DNA of 62,293 nt, the filler included. It is 6 parts of 6 records of this genome, joined end to end, with 100 filler letters (N's around TTAATTAATTAA, not from the genome) between each part and the next. Parts side by side here need not be neighbours in the genome. Positions count along the whole stretch, not along the records: positions 7,174 to 26,170 come from SRR31156797_8723; 5 more parts are not named here. One strand, 5' to 3'. Under the pieces are notes generated by a model, which was given only the letters and a program-made list of their open reading frames with translations, made no database searches and was not told where the DNA came from. The translations under genes and the position numbers were made by a program. The first letter of the stretch is position 1; each line of letters opens with the position of its first letter. Positions 10,061-19,958 of the stretch are shown here, in pieces.

Positions 10061-11482
10061 TCATTTTTTTGAATTTGCATCCAGAACATTCATAACCCGC
10101 TCACTGTATTCCAGATTAATCGTATTCATTTTTTGATTGCCATTTCTTATCATCATCCTGGTATTTATCACGGCTTCTGCCTCAATTCGATCAAACACCT
10201 TTCGTTGCTCCAACTCAGAAATATTTTTCCCTTTAGCGCTCACCGAAAACTCCCTGAATTTTGCAAAAGCGGATAGCTCCTTTTTGATCTCATTTCCAAA
10301 CGCAGGATGGATTTCTTCAACACCAAAAATGTATGGAATGTAACACGTTGTTTGCGGTGCTCCTATTCCTGCCCACAAAATGGCCCCATCATCTGTTTCC
10401 ATTCCGGGGTGAAGTTGTATCACATCTGTATGAACAGCATTCCAGGAAGCGATTGGCCGTTCACCATCAATTCCCCGATCATCAACCTGGTTCTCAAACG
10501 CAGTGCCTTCATACCTGTCACGCAAAATATCAAAGCATTTTTTAAGGGTGATCTTTTCGTTAGGAGCCAGGAAATCAGGATAGTCATCGAGGTCTGATGA
10601 TAACTTCAGCTCCGGGTTCAGGATGTTCTGGCAACGCCAGATACGACGTGTATCATAATAGGATTTTTCATTGCTTTCGCGCCGGCCACCCCCAAATGCA
10701 GCCGAGAAATCAAATTCTGTACCATCCGGGACCCAAAGCCTGTGCTGTTTACAGAAGCCCAGCAAATCTGGCGAACAATAATAATTTAGTGTATCGTTGG
10801 GATTGATATAGCTAATCCTGTAACCATTGGCCTGTGCCCAATAACAGGAGTCGGGTACCCGGACGGCAGCCCAACTGTGTCCACCGCCCGATTCGATAAA
10901 CCATATTACAGAGGTATCAGCAACACCAACGCCACTTGGATAAGTAACGCCGTAGCTTGTATAAAATGCCCCCAGGATTTTTACACACTCCCGGGCCGAT
11001 TTGGCGCGCTGTAATGCCACATACCGGATGCCACCGGTAACCCCATCATTAACAAGCGGGTCAGCAATGATGGCTTTTTTATTGCGGTCGGGTTTTAAGG
11101 CTACTCCTCCGGCAATGGCCACACCGAATTCGTTGATGGCAACAGCATCGCCTTCTGCATAACCTCGTTCAATTTCAAGCGATAACCAGGCCCAGGTAGT
11201 ATCAGCCTGTGGTATAGTAAGCCCTGAAGGAAAGGTAATGGAATCTGTTGAGCCATAAACCTGCCGTTGATGTTTCACAATGTGGGATTTTTCAGTGCCC
11301 GAGAGATCATTGTTGTGCGCAAGTAGCACGGTTCCATCAGCAGATGCATTTTTCCCCACAAGCAACATAAAACATTCCTGTTGCTGTTCGTGGCTTGTGG
11401 ACTGTGCCGGTGCTACTTTTGAGACAAGAAAGAGTAACATTATCGAACTTGTCCAAATATTAACCCATCTAAATATCTTCAT
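10061..11482 (-). CDS. C69 family dipeptidase (Ntn hydrolase), secreted
   Basis: Signal peptide followed by CFMLLVGKNASADGTVLLAHNND (catalytic Cys), INEFGVAI, LQRAKSARE. Confidence 0.85.
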   Translation of the reverse strand: MKIFRWVNIWTSSIMLLFLVSKVAPAQSTSHEQQQECFMLLVGKNASADGTVLLAHNNDLSGTEKSHIVKHQRQVYGSTDSITFPSGLTIPQADTTWAWLSLEIERGYAEGDAVAINEFGVAIAGGVALKPDRNKKAIIADPLVNDGVTGGIRYVALQRAKSARECVKILGAFYTSYGVTYPSGVGVADTSVIWFIESGGGHSWAAVRVPDSCYWAQANGYRISYINPNDTLNYYCSPDLLGFCKQHRLWVPDGTEFDFSAAFGGGRRESNEKSYYDTRRIWRCQNILNPELKLSSDLDDYPDFLAPNEKITLKKCFDILRDRYEGTAFENQVDDRGIDGERPIASWNAVHTDVIQLHPGMETDDGAILWAGIGAPQTTCYIPYIFGVEEIHPAFGNEIKKELSAFAKFREFSVSAKGKNISELEQRKVFDRIEAEAVINTRMMIRNGNQKMNTINLEYSERVMNVLDANSKK

Positions 11483-11536
11483 AATACCGATACAATTGAA
11501 TCGTTTTAAATAAATACACCCGCAGCATAAAAAGCC

Positions 11537-12325
11537 ATGATGCAAAAGCTACAAATACTCATTTTACTCCTGTCAACTTCGCTGCTCATGAGTTGTAGCA
11601 AAGATAATGATACCAACCAACCTCACCAATCCCCTCCCAACACTTGTGATTATGAGGCGATCCAGCGTGGTATCGTATTCCTGGAAGATGGCCAAAAAAT
11701 ACTCTATGGTGGAGAAAATGAGAACTGGCATTTTAAGATTGACAACCTGAATCTGGATATTTGCAGATTCAGTAATGGGCTTGGCCGGGAAAGTTTCCAT
11801 GCCCTTCTCGAGCCTGAATATGTTTCGGTGGAAAGCGAATTGGATTCATATGGTGAGCATGAAAGAACCATAGTGGTATTTTCTGATGATGGGGCGAAAG
11901 CTTATCCGATTAGCCTGGTCCGGGATCATGAGGTTGTGAATGAGGTTGTTGATGGCGAGCCGGTAGCCATCGTTTACTGTGTGCTGGCCAATTTTTTCAG
12001 GGTGTATTCACGCCGTGTTTGTGATACGATATTCACATTTGCTTTGTCGGGATATACCTACAACGATCCAAATATTTGGGATGGCAGGGATGGTTTTGTT
12101 TGGTGGGACAGGGAAACGGAAAGCCTTTGGTGGCCATTGATTGATGAAGCTGTTTCAGGCAAAATGAAAGGAGCCGGTCTGACTGTTTATCCGCAGGGTA
12201 AATGGACAGAAATGTTATGGCATGATGTTTTGGAAAAGTATCCGGATGCCCGGGTTTTGAAAAGAGGCCAAACCATGGAACCACCTGAAATCTGGCCCCG
12301 ATTTGAAGGAAATCCTTGCCGTTGA
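11537..12325 (+). CDS. DUF3179 domain lipoprotein
   Basis: Lipobox LLMSC; motifs AKAYP, HEVVNE, YCVLA, WDRETESLW. Confidence 0.8.
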   Translation: MMQKLQILILLLSTSLLMSCSKDNDTNQPHQSPPNTCDYEAIQRGIVFLEDGQKILYGGENENWHFKIDNLNLDICRFSNGLGRESFHALLEPEYVSVESELDSYGEHERTIVVFSDDGAKAYPISLVRDHEVVNEVVDGEPVAIVYCVLANFFRVYSRRVCDTIFTFALSGYTYNDPNIWDGRDGFVWWDRETESLWWPLIDEAVSGKMKGAGLTVYPQGKWTEMLWHDVLEKYPDARVLKRGQTMEPPEIWPRFEGNPCR

Positions 12326-12366
12326 AGCTGACCATAACTAATAAAAATAAACATCTGCTCAAAAAA

Positions 12367-12732
12367 ATGACACCTGCTGAGGAATTCATATCAGGGTTTG
12401 AAGGAACCCAAAAGGACATCATGATTTACCTTCATGATATGATCACCAATCATCCAGGCATAACTTCCAGGATCAGTTATAGGCTGCCGTTTTATTACCG
12501 TAAGAGCTGGATATGCTATTTAAATCCGACAAAAACCGACGGCGTTGAATTTGCTTTCACGCGCGGCAATGAGCTATCCAATGAGCAGGGTATACTGGAC
12601 CCAAAAGGCAGAAAACAGGTTTCGAGTGTTACCTTTTATCAGATAGGGGAAATTCCGCATGAAACACTATTGGAAGTTCTACAAGAGGCTTTGATTATTG
12701 ACGAGAAAGTTCCATACTCAGTCAGAAAATAG
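12367..12732 (+). CDS. DUF1801 (YdhG-like) protein
   Basis: ISYRLPFY, FTRGNEL, GRKQV pattern typical of DUF1801. Confidence 0.75.
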   Translation: MTPAEEFISGFEGTQKDIMIYLHDMITNHPGITSRISYRLPFYYRKSWICYLNPTKTDGVEFAFTRGNELSNEQGILDPKGRKQVSSVTFYQIGEIPHETLLEVLQEALIIDEKVPYSVRK

Positions 12733-12838
12733 TTTGGTCCAATTATTTTTTTCCAACCCGCTGGTTTAACTCACTTCAGTATCAATAATCTTAGGAGGAA
12801 AAATCATATCTTTACCCGACAAACCAAACCATCATCAA

Positions 12839-13621
12839 ATGAAGATTCCGATTTACCAGGTAGATGCATTTACCCAAAATGTTTTCAGTGGAAACCCGGC
12901 TGCAGTTTGCCCGCTGGATTCCTGGCTACCAGAAGAACTGATGCAAAAAATTGCTTTGGAAAATAACCTTTCTGAAACGGCATTTTTTGTAAAAACCGGC
13001 AATGTATTTGAAATCAGGTGGTTCACACCTACCATTGAAGTTGACCTGTGCGGGCATGCCACCCTGGCATCGGCACATGTATTGTTTAACCACCTCGACT
13101 ACAAAAGTGACATTATTTTCCTGAAATCAAAAAGTGGAAATCTTAGGGTAAAAAAGGAGGATGACCTGCTTGTTTTGGATTTTCCGTCAGGATTTTATGA
13201 AAGTATATCCATACCTTCAAAACTGACAAAAGCATTGGGCCGCGAACCCGTTGATGCCGGAAAAACACTGGATTATCTTATCGCGGTTTATGAGGATGAG
13301 TCTTTCATCGAAAACCTGAACCCAGATTTTCAAATGCTGAAGGAACTACCGGGTCATGCACTCATTGTAACTTCGGCAAGCAAAAAAGTTGATTTTGTAT
13401 CCCGGATGTTTGCCCCATCTATTGGCATTGACGAAGATCCGGTAACCGGTTCTGCCCATACCATCTTAACTCCATACTGGTCGCACAAACTTGGTAAGGT
13501 GAATATGCACGCCAGGCAAATTTCGGCCAGGGGTGGTGATTTGTATTGTAAAATTTCCGGAGACCGTGTGGAGATCGGTGGAAAAGCCATTACCTATTTA
13601 GTTGGGGAAATTGAGTTGTAA
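12839..13621 (+). CDS. PhzF family isomerase/epimerase
   Basis: QVDAFT, GNPAAV, NLSETAF, EVDLCGHATLA, EDPVTGSAH. Confidence 0.95.
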   Translation: MKIPIYQVDAFTQNVFSGNPAAVCPLDSWLPEELMQKIALENNLSETAFFVKTGNVFEIRWFTPTIEVDLCGHATLASAHVLFNHLDYKSDIIFLKSKSGNLRVKKEDDLLVLDFPSGFYESISIPSKLTKALGREPVDAGKTLDYLIAVYEDESFIENLNPDFQMLKELPGHALIVTSASKKVDFVSRMFAPSIGIDEDPVTGSAHTILTPYWSHKLGKVNMHARQISARGGDLYCKISGDRVEIGGKAITYLVGEIEL

Positions 13622-13711
13622 TGAGTTGTTAAAAAAGATGTGAGTTGTGAGACTTAAGGCAAATTGATGCTGTCAAAATCCGGGAGAAAAAATGCTTTGT
13701 TATTATTTTAC

Positions 13712-13719
13712 TAATTTTG
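13712..13719 (+). promoter_or_regulatory. Bacteroidota -7 promoter element for tatA
   Basis: TAATTTTG, 21 nt upstream of the tatA ATG. Confidence 0.55.
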
Positions 13720-13740
13720 CACATCTAAAACGTAAAGACC

Positions 13741-13929
13741 ATGAATCTACACAGCATATTGATGTTCACCTTCGGCCCGATGGAAATCATCATCATACTC
13801 GTTATTGTTTTATTGCTTTTTGGCGGAAAGAAAATTCCTGAACTCATGAAAGGTATGGGAAAAGGGATCAAAGAATTTAAAAAAGGCGTTAACGAAGAAG
13901 ACGACAAACCGGAGCAATCCAGCAAATAA
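13741..13929 (+). CDS. tatA: Twin-arginine translocase TatA/E subunit
   Basis: [37 protein letters not shown]. Confidence 0.95.
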   Translation: MNLHSILMFTFGPMEIIIILVIVLLLFGGKKIPELMKGMGKGIKEFKKGVNEEDDKPEQSSK

Positions 13930-13950
13930 TTTGCTGCTTTCCTGCGCTAC

Positions 13951-16900
13951 TTACTCCCGCACAATTTCACGAACTTTTACCAACGGCTTCAGTTTTTTGA
14001 TAGCCTGTCTTACAGTTTTGGTATCCTCAAAAATCAGGCGTAGCTTACTTTTGGTTTGATCCATGATGAATGCAACCGGGTTGTGCTTCATGTAATTGAG
14101 AATATGTGTGAAAGCCTGCGACTGGTAGTAACTCGATGTTTCATCGCCAACAAAATAACCAATCAGTTTACCGTTTTTCAGTACGATCTTTTCAAACCCG
14201 ATTTTCTTTGCAAGCCAGCGCAATCTGATGGTATTAAAGAGATCATAAACCTCATCAGGTGGCCTGCCGAAACGGTCGGTAATTTGTTTTTCGAATCGCT
14301 CTAAACCCGCTTCATTTCCAATATTATCCAGTTCCTTGTAAAGGCTCAGGCGTTCGGTGGTTACTGAAACATAATCTTTCGGGATTAAAATCTGCAGATC
14401 GGTTTCCACCTGACAGTCCAGTACAAACTCTTTTTCAGGCTGATCTTTAAACACATCCTTAAACTCTTCCTCGCGCAATTCAAGCATAGCTTCATCCAAA
14501 ATCTTGTGATACATTTCATATCCGATATCTGAAATAAATCCGCTCTGTTCAGCTCCCAGCAGGTTACCGGCACCTCTAATATCAAGGTCGCGCATAGCAA
14601 TGTTAAATCCGCTACCCAGGTTCGAGAACTCTTCAAGCGCCCTCAACCTTTTCCGGGCTTCGGGAGTTAAAGTTGTGATGGGTGGGGAAAGCAGATAACA
14701 GAAAGCTTTTCTATTAGCACGTCCTACCCTGCCCCTGAGCTGATGCAAATCGCTGAGCCCAAAATTTTGTGCATCGTTGATGATAATGGTATTGGCGTTG
14801 GGAATATCCAGGCCATTCTCCACGATGGTAGTGGCTACAAGCACGTCGAACTCACCATCGATAAAACCGAGCATCACTTTCTCGAGTTTAGAGCCTTCCA
14901 TCTGTCCGTGTCCAATACCTATCTTTACCCCTGGAACAAACTTCTGGATCATATCGGCCACATCGTTGATATTTTGTACACGATTATGCACAAAAAACAC
15001 CTGGCCATTTCTGGATATCTCATAATTAATGGCATTGCTGATTACCTCCTCACTGAATCCGCGCAATTCCGTCTGGATGGGAATGCGGTTTGGTGGCGGC
15101 GTATTGATAACGGAAAGGTCGCGGGCGCCCATCAACGAAAACTGCAGGGTACGCGGGATTGGTGTCGCAGTCAGCGTGAGCGTATCCACATTTACCTTGA
15201 GCTGCTTGAGTTTTTCTTTTACAGACACGCCAAACTTTTGCTCCTCATCGATGATCAGCAGGCCCAGATCCTTAAATTTTATTTCCTTCGAAACCAGCTT
15301 ATGGGTCCCGATCAGAACATCCACTTTCCCATCAATCAGCCCTTTGTAAATCCGGGTTTGCTCTTTGCGCGATTTAAAGCGGTTAACATATTCAATATTC
15401 ACCGGAAAATCTTCAAGCCGCTTTTTAAAAGTTTTATAATGTTGCAATGCCAGGATGGTTGTAGGCACCAGAAGGGCCACCTGTTTACTGTCGGTAACCG
15501 CCTTAAAAGCAGCCCGCATAGCAACCTCTGTCTTCCCAAAGCCCACATCACCGCATACGAGCCTGTCCATGGGATATTCTTTCTCCATATCCGTTTTGGC
15601 ATCGTTGGTGGCTTTGTACTGATCCGGAGTATCCTCGTAAATAAACGAAGCCTCTAATTCATGTTGCAGATAGGAATCAGGTGCGAATGCAAATCCTTTG
15701 GCTGCCTTACGCTCTGCGTAAAGCTTGATGAGGTCTTTGGCAATATCCTTGACCTTTTTCTTGGTGCGCTCTTTGAGACGAGTCCAGTTGTTGGTACCCA
15801 GCCTGTTGAGCTTTGGGGCAATGCCTTCTTTACCCACGAACTTGGCAATGCGGTGCAGCGAATGGATACTCACATACAACAGGTCGCCATTATCGTATAC
15901 CAGGCGGATGGCTTCCTGCTGTTTACCGTTGTTATCGATACTTTGCAAACCATCAAAACGGCCCACACCATGATCGATATGGGTAACATAATCTCCGGGT
16001 TGCAGGTCGTAAATCTCCTTAAGGGTGATGGCCTCTTTACCTTTCAGGCTTTCGCGAAGGTGGAAACGGTGGTACCGATCGAAAATCTGATGATCTGTAA
16101 AACAGGCAATTTTAAGGTCATTATCCACAAATCCGCCGTGGATTGGCAAAGCAATGGTCTCGTATTCAAGTTGATTGGGATTTTCCTCCTTCCGCACAGC
16201 ATCATCCAGGATAGCATGCAAACGTTCGGCCTGCTTGGCATTGGAGGTAAAGATCACATTCTCAAAACCCGACCGTGTATTGTTATGCAGGCTCGAAATG
16301 AGCATATCAAAATTCTTGTTGAACGATGGCTGCGGCAAAACATCAAACTGCCAGCTTTGATCGGCTGACAACATTTTGTGATTCCCGAATTCTACAATCG
16401 AAAATTTGAGAGCCCCCTGTACGAATTGAGCTCCGGATATGAAAAGCCCCTCAGGATTTACCCGTTCATTTTCGCCGGCCAGTTGACCGTAGGCTGCCAC
16501 TGCCTTTTCCAGTTCCCTGTCCATTCGCTCAATGGTGAGGTTGGCGTCATCAAACCAAAACGTGGAATTGTCAGGGATAAATGTGGTTAGGGAAACCTTT
16601 GTAAAATCCTCCTCGCGTTTTTGCAGGTCGGGCATGATGGACACCTGGCTGAGCATGGTGAGCGAAAGCTGGTTCCCCGGTTCAAAAGTCCGGATGGATT
16701 CCACATCATCACCAAAAAACTCGATGCGGTATGGGTAATCGCTTGAAAAGGAAAAAATATCGATGATACCGCCGCGCACGGCAAACTGACCGGGTTCAGC
16801 TACAAAATCCACTTCTTCAAATTTCAGATCTTCCATAGCCTCTGTCATAAAATCCAGCGAGAGTTTATCGCCTTTTTTGACCATCAACGTGTTTTTGGCC

Positions 16901-17337
16901 ACTGTGAATTTATCCACCACTTTTTCTGCAAGTGCTTCAGGATAGGTAACCACAGCAAAGCCACGGCGGCGGCCATGCAATTTGTTGAGTACCTCGCTCC
17001 GCAGCAAAACATTGGAACTGTCGGTACGTTCAATCTCGTAAGGCCTTTTGTAGGAAGTGGGGAAAAACAACACCTTGCGCTTGCTGTATTCCATGTCGCG
17101 TTCACGGAAAAGGCTTTCCAGGTCGTTGTGGAAATAGGCTGCTGTTTCCTTATCGGGAAGGACAAAAATCTGGTTTCCTTTGAGGAGTTGCACCAACGAT
17201 GCCGCCACGAATGCCCGCATCGATCCCTTGCTGCCATTGATGTGCAGCCTTTTTGTCCGTTCGTCCAGCAGTTGTTCAGCTATTTGCCGCACAGCCGGAC
17301 TTTCGGCATACAATGTTAAAATTTCGTTACTCGTCAC
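13951..17337 (-). CDS. mfd: Transcription-repair coupling factor
   Basis: UvrB-homology N-terminus, RID (HIDHGVG), GDVGFGKT, DEEQ, QLRGRVGR, TRG motif RDLDIRGAGNLLG. Confidence 0.99.
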   Translation of the reverse strand: MTSNEILTLYAESPAVRQIAEQLLDERTKRLHINGSKGSMRAFVAASLVQLLKGNQIFVLPDKETAAYFHNDLESLFRERDMEYSKRKVLFFPTSYKRPYEIERTDSSNVLLRSEVLNKLHGRRRGFAVVTYPEALAEKVVDKFTVAKNTLMVKKGDKLSLDFMTEAMEDLKFEEVDFVAEPGQFAVRGGIIDIFSFSSDYPYRIEFFGDDVESIRTFEPGNQLSLTMLSQVSIMPDLQKREEDFTKVSLTTFIPDNSTFWFDDANLTIERMDRELEKAVAAYGQLAGENERVNPEGLFISGAQFVQGALKFSIVEFGNHKMLSADQSWQFDVLPQPSFNKNFDMLISSLHNNTRSGFENVIFTSNAKQAERLHAILDDAVRKEENPNQLEYETIALPIHGGFVDNDLKIACFTDHQIFDRYHRFHLRESLKGKEAITLKEIYDLQPGDYVTHIDHGVGRFDGLQSIDNNGKQQEAIRLVYDNGDLLYVSIHSLHRIAKFVGKEGIAPKLNRLGTNNWTRLKERTKKKVKDIAKDLIKLYAERKAAKGFAFAPDSYLQHELEASFIYEDTPDQYKATNDAKTDMEKEYPMDRLVCGDVGFGKTEVAMRAAFKAVTDSKQVALLVPTTILALQHYKTFKKRLEDFPVNIEYVNRFKSRKEQTRIYKGLIDGKVDVLIGTHKLVSKEIKFKDLGLLIIDEEQKFGVSVKEKLKQLKVNVDTLTLTATPIPRTLQFSLMGARDLSVINTPPPNRIPIQTELRGFSEEVISNAINYEISRNGQVFFVHNRVQNINDVADMIQKFVPGVKIGIGHGQMEGSKLEKVMLGFIDGEFDVLVATTIVENGLDIPNANTIIINDAQNFGLSDLHQLRGRVGRANRKAFCYLLSPPITTLTPEARKRLRALEEFSNLGSGFNIAMRDLDIRGAGNLLGAEQSGFISDIGYEMYHKILDEAMLELREEEFKDVFKDQPEKEFVLDCQVETDLQILIPKDYVSVTTERLSLYKELDNIGNEAGLERFEKQITDRFGRPPDEVYDLFNTIRLRWLAKKIGFEKIVLKNGKLIGYFVGDETSSYYQSQAFTHILNYMKHNPVAFIMDQTKSKLRLIFEDTKTVRQAIKKLKPLVKVREIVRE

Positions 17338-17361
17338 GATTCACCCTGCAATTTGCGGCTG

Positions 17362-17369
17362 CAAAAATA
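17362..17369 (-). promoter_or_regulatory. Bacteroidota -7 promoter element for mfd
   Basis: The minus strand reads TATTTTTG about 25 nt upstream of the GTG start. Confidence 0.55.
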
Positions 17370-17500
17370 GGGTTTTGATTGTGAATAGATATTTCCTGTG
17401 AGATATTATAAATTAAGGCAAGGATACATTTTTCTGATGACTTCGAATCATAGGATGAATTGCTGGTTTTATGATTTTATAAAATCCTGTTTGCACCTGA

Positions 17501-17542
17501 TCTAAAATCAAAAATCTTCAATCGATAATCTGATATCAACTA
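17501..17542. repeat. Degenerate heptanucleotide tandem repeat (6 units, TCnnnnA)
   Basis: tctaaaa tcaaaaa tcttcaa tcgataa tctgata tcaacta in the hemH-mfd intergenic region. Confidence 0.55.
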
Positions 17543-17563
17543 TTCCTGAAATTAATCAATGCA

Positions 17564-18577
17564 CTAACTCCTGCTCTCTCCCAAAATCTCCATCACCGCC
17601 TCCACCCAAACATCAGCGCTGTTGAGGCTTTCGACGAGTTGCAGCTTTTCGCCGCCGGCATTTTCGAACAGTTCGCGATATTCGAACCCGATTTCTAAGG
17701 TGGTTTCGAGGCAGTCGGCCACAAAGGAAGGTGCGACAACCAGCAGCTTGCCGATTCCTTTCGCGGCCTGGTCAACAATGGTTTCATCGGCAAAGGGTGT
17801 CATCCAGTTTTTGCTGAGGCGCGACTGGAAGGCGGTGGAGTACTTCTCCGGCGGCAGGCCGAGCTTAGCAGCCAGCAGCCGTGTGGTGGCATAGCACTGG
17901 GCGCGGTAACACAACCGTCCGTGCGGCGGCATTTCGCTTTCGCAACGGCAGTTTTCCACCGTCACATCCGGATGGATTTTGTTGATCTGCCGGTTGGGCA
18001 GGCCATGGTATGAAAACAGGATGTGATCGAAAGTTTCGGGCTGATAGGCATTGATCCGTTTTGCGAAAGCATCCACAAAGGCCGGATGATCATAAAACTG
18101 ATTGATGATTTGCAGCGACGGCATGGCCTGGCGGCTGCCAATCTGCTTCATGGTGGCCTCCACCACCGAACCCGTTGTTGAAGAGGCATGCTGCGGATAG
18201 AGCGGGAGAAGCACAACCTGATCGTAGTTCTTTTCCAATACTTCATCCAGCACCTTTCGCAGGGAGGGATTGCCATAGCGCATGGCGCCAAAGAAATCCG
18301 TTTCAGGGCCGGAGCGCTGCTGCAGCTTTTCGGTGAGATCGTTGAGGTGCAACAGCAGGAGAGATCCCTTCTTCGTCCAGAGGCGACGGTAAAGTTGGGT
18401 GGATTTGGGCGCGCGAAACGGCACGATGATGAGATTGACCAGCATTTTCTGCAGAAGCCACGGCAGGTCGATCACGCGGCGGTCGTTGAGGAACTCGGAA
18501 AGATAGCGGCGCACCTGCCTTACCTCCGCGTTGTCGGGAGTGCCCACATTTACCAATATGACAGCTTTTTTACCCAT
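17564..18577 (-). CDS. hemH: Ferrochelatase
   Basis: LVNVGTP, FLNDRRVID, MRYGNP, LPLYPQ, SYHGLP, FQSR, FVADCLETTLEIG. Confidence 0.97.
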   Translation of the reverse strand: MGKKAVILVNVGTPDNAEVRQVRRYLSEFLNDRRVIDLPWLLQKMLVNLIIVPFRAPKSTQLYRRLWTKKGSLLLLHLNDLTEKLQQRSGPETDFFGAMRYGNPSLRKVLDEVLEKNYDQVVLLPLYPQHASSTTGSVVEATMKQIGSRQAMPSLQIINQFYDHPAFVDAFAKRINAYQPETFDHILFSYHGLPNRQINKIHPDVTVENCRCESEMPPHGRLCYRAQCYATTRLLAAKLGLPPEKYSTAFQSRLSKNWMTPFADETIVDQAAKGIGKLLVVAPSFVADCLETTLEIGFEYRELFENAGGEKLQLVESLNSADVWVEAVMEILGESRS

Positions 18578-19958
18578 TGGATTGTTCGATCAGGGAATCG
18601 GCAATGATGCGGCCCTGCTTTACACGGTCGGCAATGCCGATGCCGTCGCGGATGTTGCCGGCCAATAGCAGCCCGGGATGTTCTTTTTCGATGAGGATGA
18701 TGCGGGCCAGGCGTTCTTCGGATGAGCGTTCATATTGCGGGATGGCATGCGGGTACCTGAAAATGTGCAGCATATCCGGTGCGGAATTTTCCTTCATCAT
18801 CTTGCCAATTTCGCTCAGCACCAGGTTCCGGATCTCTTCATCCGACAAATCGAAAAGTCCGGGTTTTTTCATCCCGCCAAGGAAAACCGAGAGCAGTGCT
18901 CCGCCGTGCGGCGCGCGTCCTTCGAAGATCGCCGACGGGAAAAGGATGCCGAGCACATCGCGTTTTTCCTTTCCGGGCACCAGTCCGCCAAAAGCCTGCA
19001 GCGGAATGCCGCTCCATTTTTTATAGCCGGCCACCGTCTGTATCACGCGGGCATAGCGGAGCTGTGTGATGGGCGCAAGCATTTCCTCCGTCAAAAAGGG
19101 CAACAAGTCCGGAAGGGCATATGCCCCCACCGTGGTAATCACTTTTTCGGTTTCGATCAGTTGCTGTTTTTGGCCGTCGTTTTTTACGGAGCAAAGAAAT
19201 CCGTTTCCTGACGGATGCACAGTTACGGCGTCTGCACCGTTCACCATATTTTCACTGCCGATGGATTCCGCCATGGCGCATGTCAGGTTTGCCAGCCCGC
19301 CCCTCACCGAAAATACATCTTTGGTGGCTTTTTCTTCACGTGGATCCTTTGGTTCTTTTCTTTTTTTGATGGCGCCGCCGATGAAGCTACCGTAGTTCTG
19401 TTCCAACCGGTGCAGTTTCGGCAGTGCAAAGCGGGTGACGAGATTGTCAGGATCGCCGGCATAAATGCCCGAGATAAACGGGTCGACCGCATAATCCAGG
19501 AAACTCTGTCCCATCCTGCGGATCACCAGTTGGGCCACGCTTTCATACGGATCGCTGCCGGCCTTGCGGAAGGGTTCTCTCAGGATGCGCAGCTTGTCCT
19601 TCATGCTGAACAAAGGGGTGGTCACGCCGCCGATCAGCCCCGAAGGCAACGCGTGCCAGCTTCCGTTTTTCCAGATCCAGCGTTGTTTTGCTGACTGATT
19701 GGCAATCTCAGGGTCACATTTATCGCCCAGGTCATCAAAGAGTTCCACCAGCTCGGGTGTGGACAACACTCCGGTATTTGGACCGGTTTCGTATGTAAAG
19801 CCATTTTCAGTGCGGGTTTGGATTACACCGCCGGTTCCGGAATTTTTATCCACCAGCATTACCTCTTTCCCGGCTTTTTTCAGGTAAAACCCGAGCGTAA
19901 GGCCGGTGAGGCCGGCACCGATTATGAGATATGTCGTTTTTTGTTTTTGTTCCATCAT
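18570..19958 (-). CDS. hemG: FAD-dependent protoporphyrinogen oxidase (HemY/HemG family)
   Basis: IIGAGLTGL Rossmann motif, GGVI..ETGPN, ISGIYAGD, AIPQY, GIGIADRV. Confidence 0.93.
   Translation of the reverse strand: MMEQKQKTTYLIIGAGLTGLTLGFYLKKAGKEVMLVDKNSGTGGVIQTRTENGFTYETGPNTGVLSTPELVELFDDLGDKCDPEIANQSAKQRWIWKNGSWHALPSGLIGGVTTPLFSMKDKLRILREPFRKAGSDPYESVAQLVIRRMGQSFLDYAVDPFISGIYAGDPDNLVTRFALPKLHRLEQNYGSFIGGAIKKRKEPKDPREEKATKDVFSVRGGLANLTCAMAESIGSENMVNGADAVTVHPSGNGFLCSVKNDGQKQQLIETEKVITTVGAYALPDLLPFLTEEMLAPITQLRYARVIQTVAGYKKWSGIPLQAFGGLVPGKEKRDVLGILFPSAIFEGRAPHGGALLSVFLGGMKKPGLFDLSDEEIRNLVLSEIGKMMKENSAPDMLHIFRYPHAIPQYERSSEERLARIILIEKEHPGLLLAGNIRDGIGIADRVKQGRIIADSLIEQSNG

Noticed and set aside
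11537-12325. DUF3179 protein or radical SAM cluster genes as additional selenoproteins
   Set aside because: Their reading frames are uninterrupted, with Cys codons and no internal TGA.
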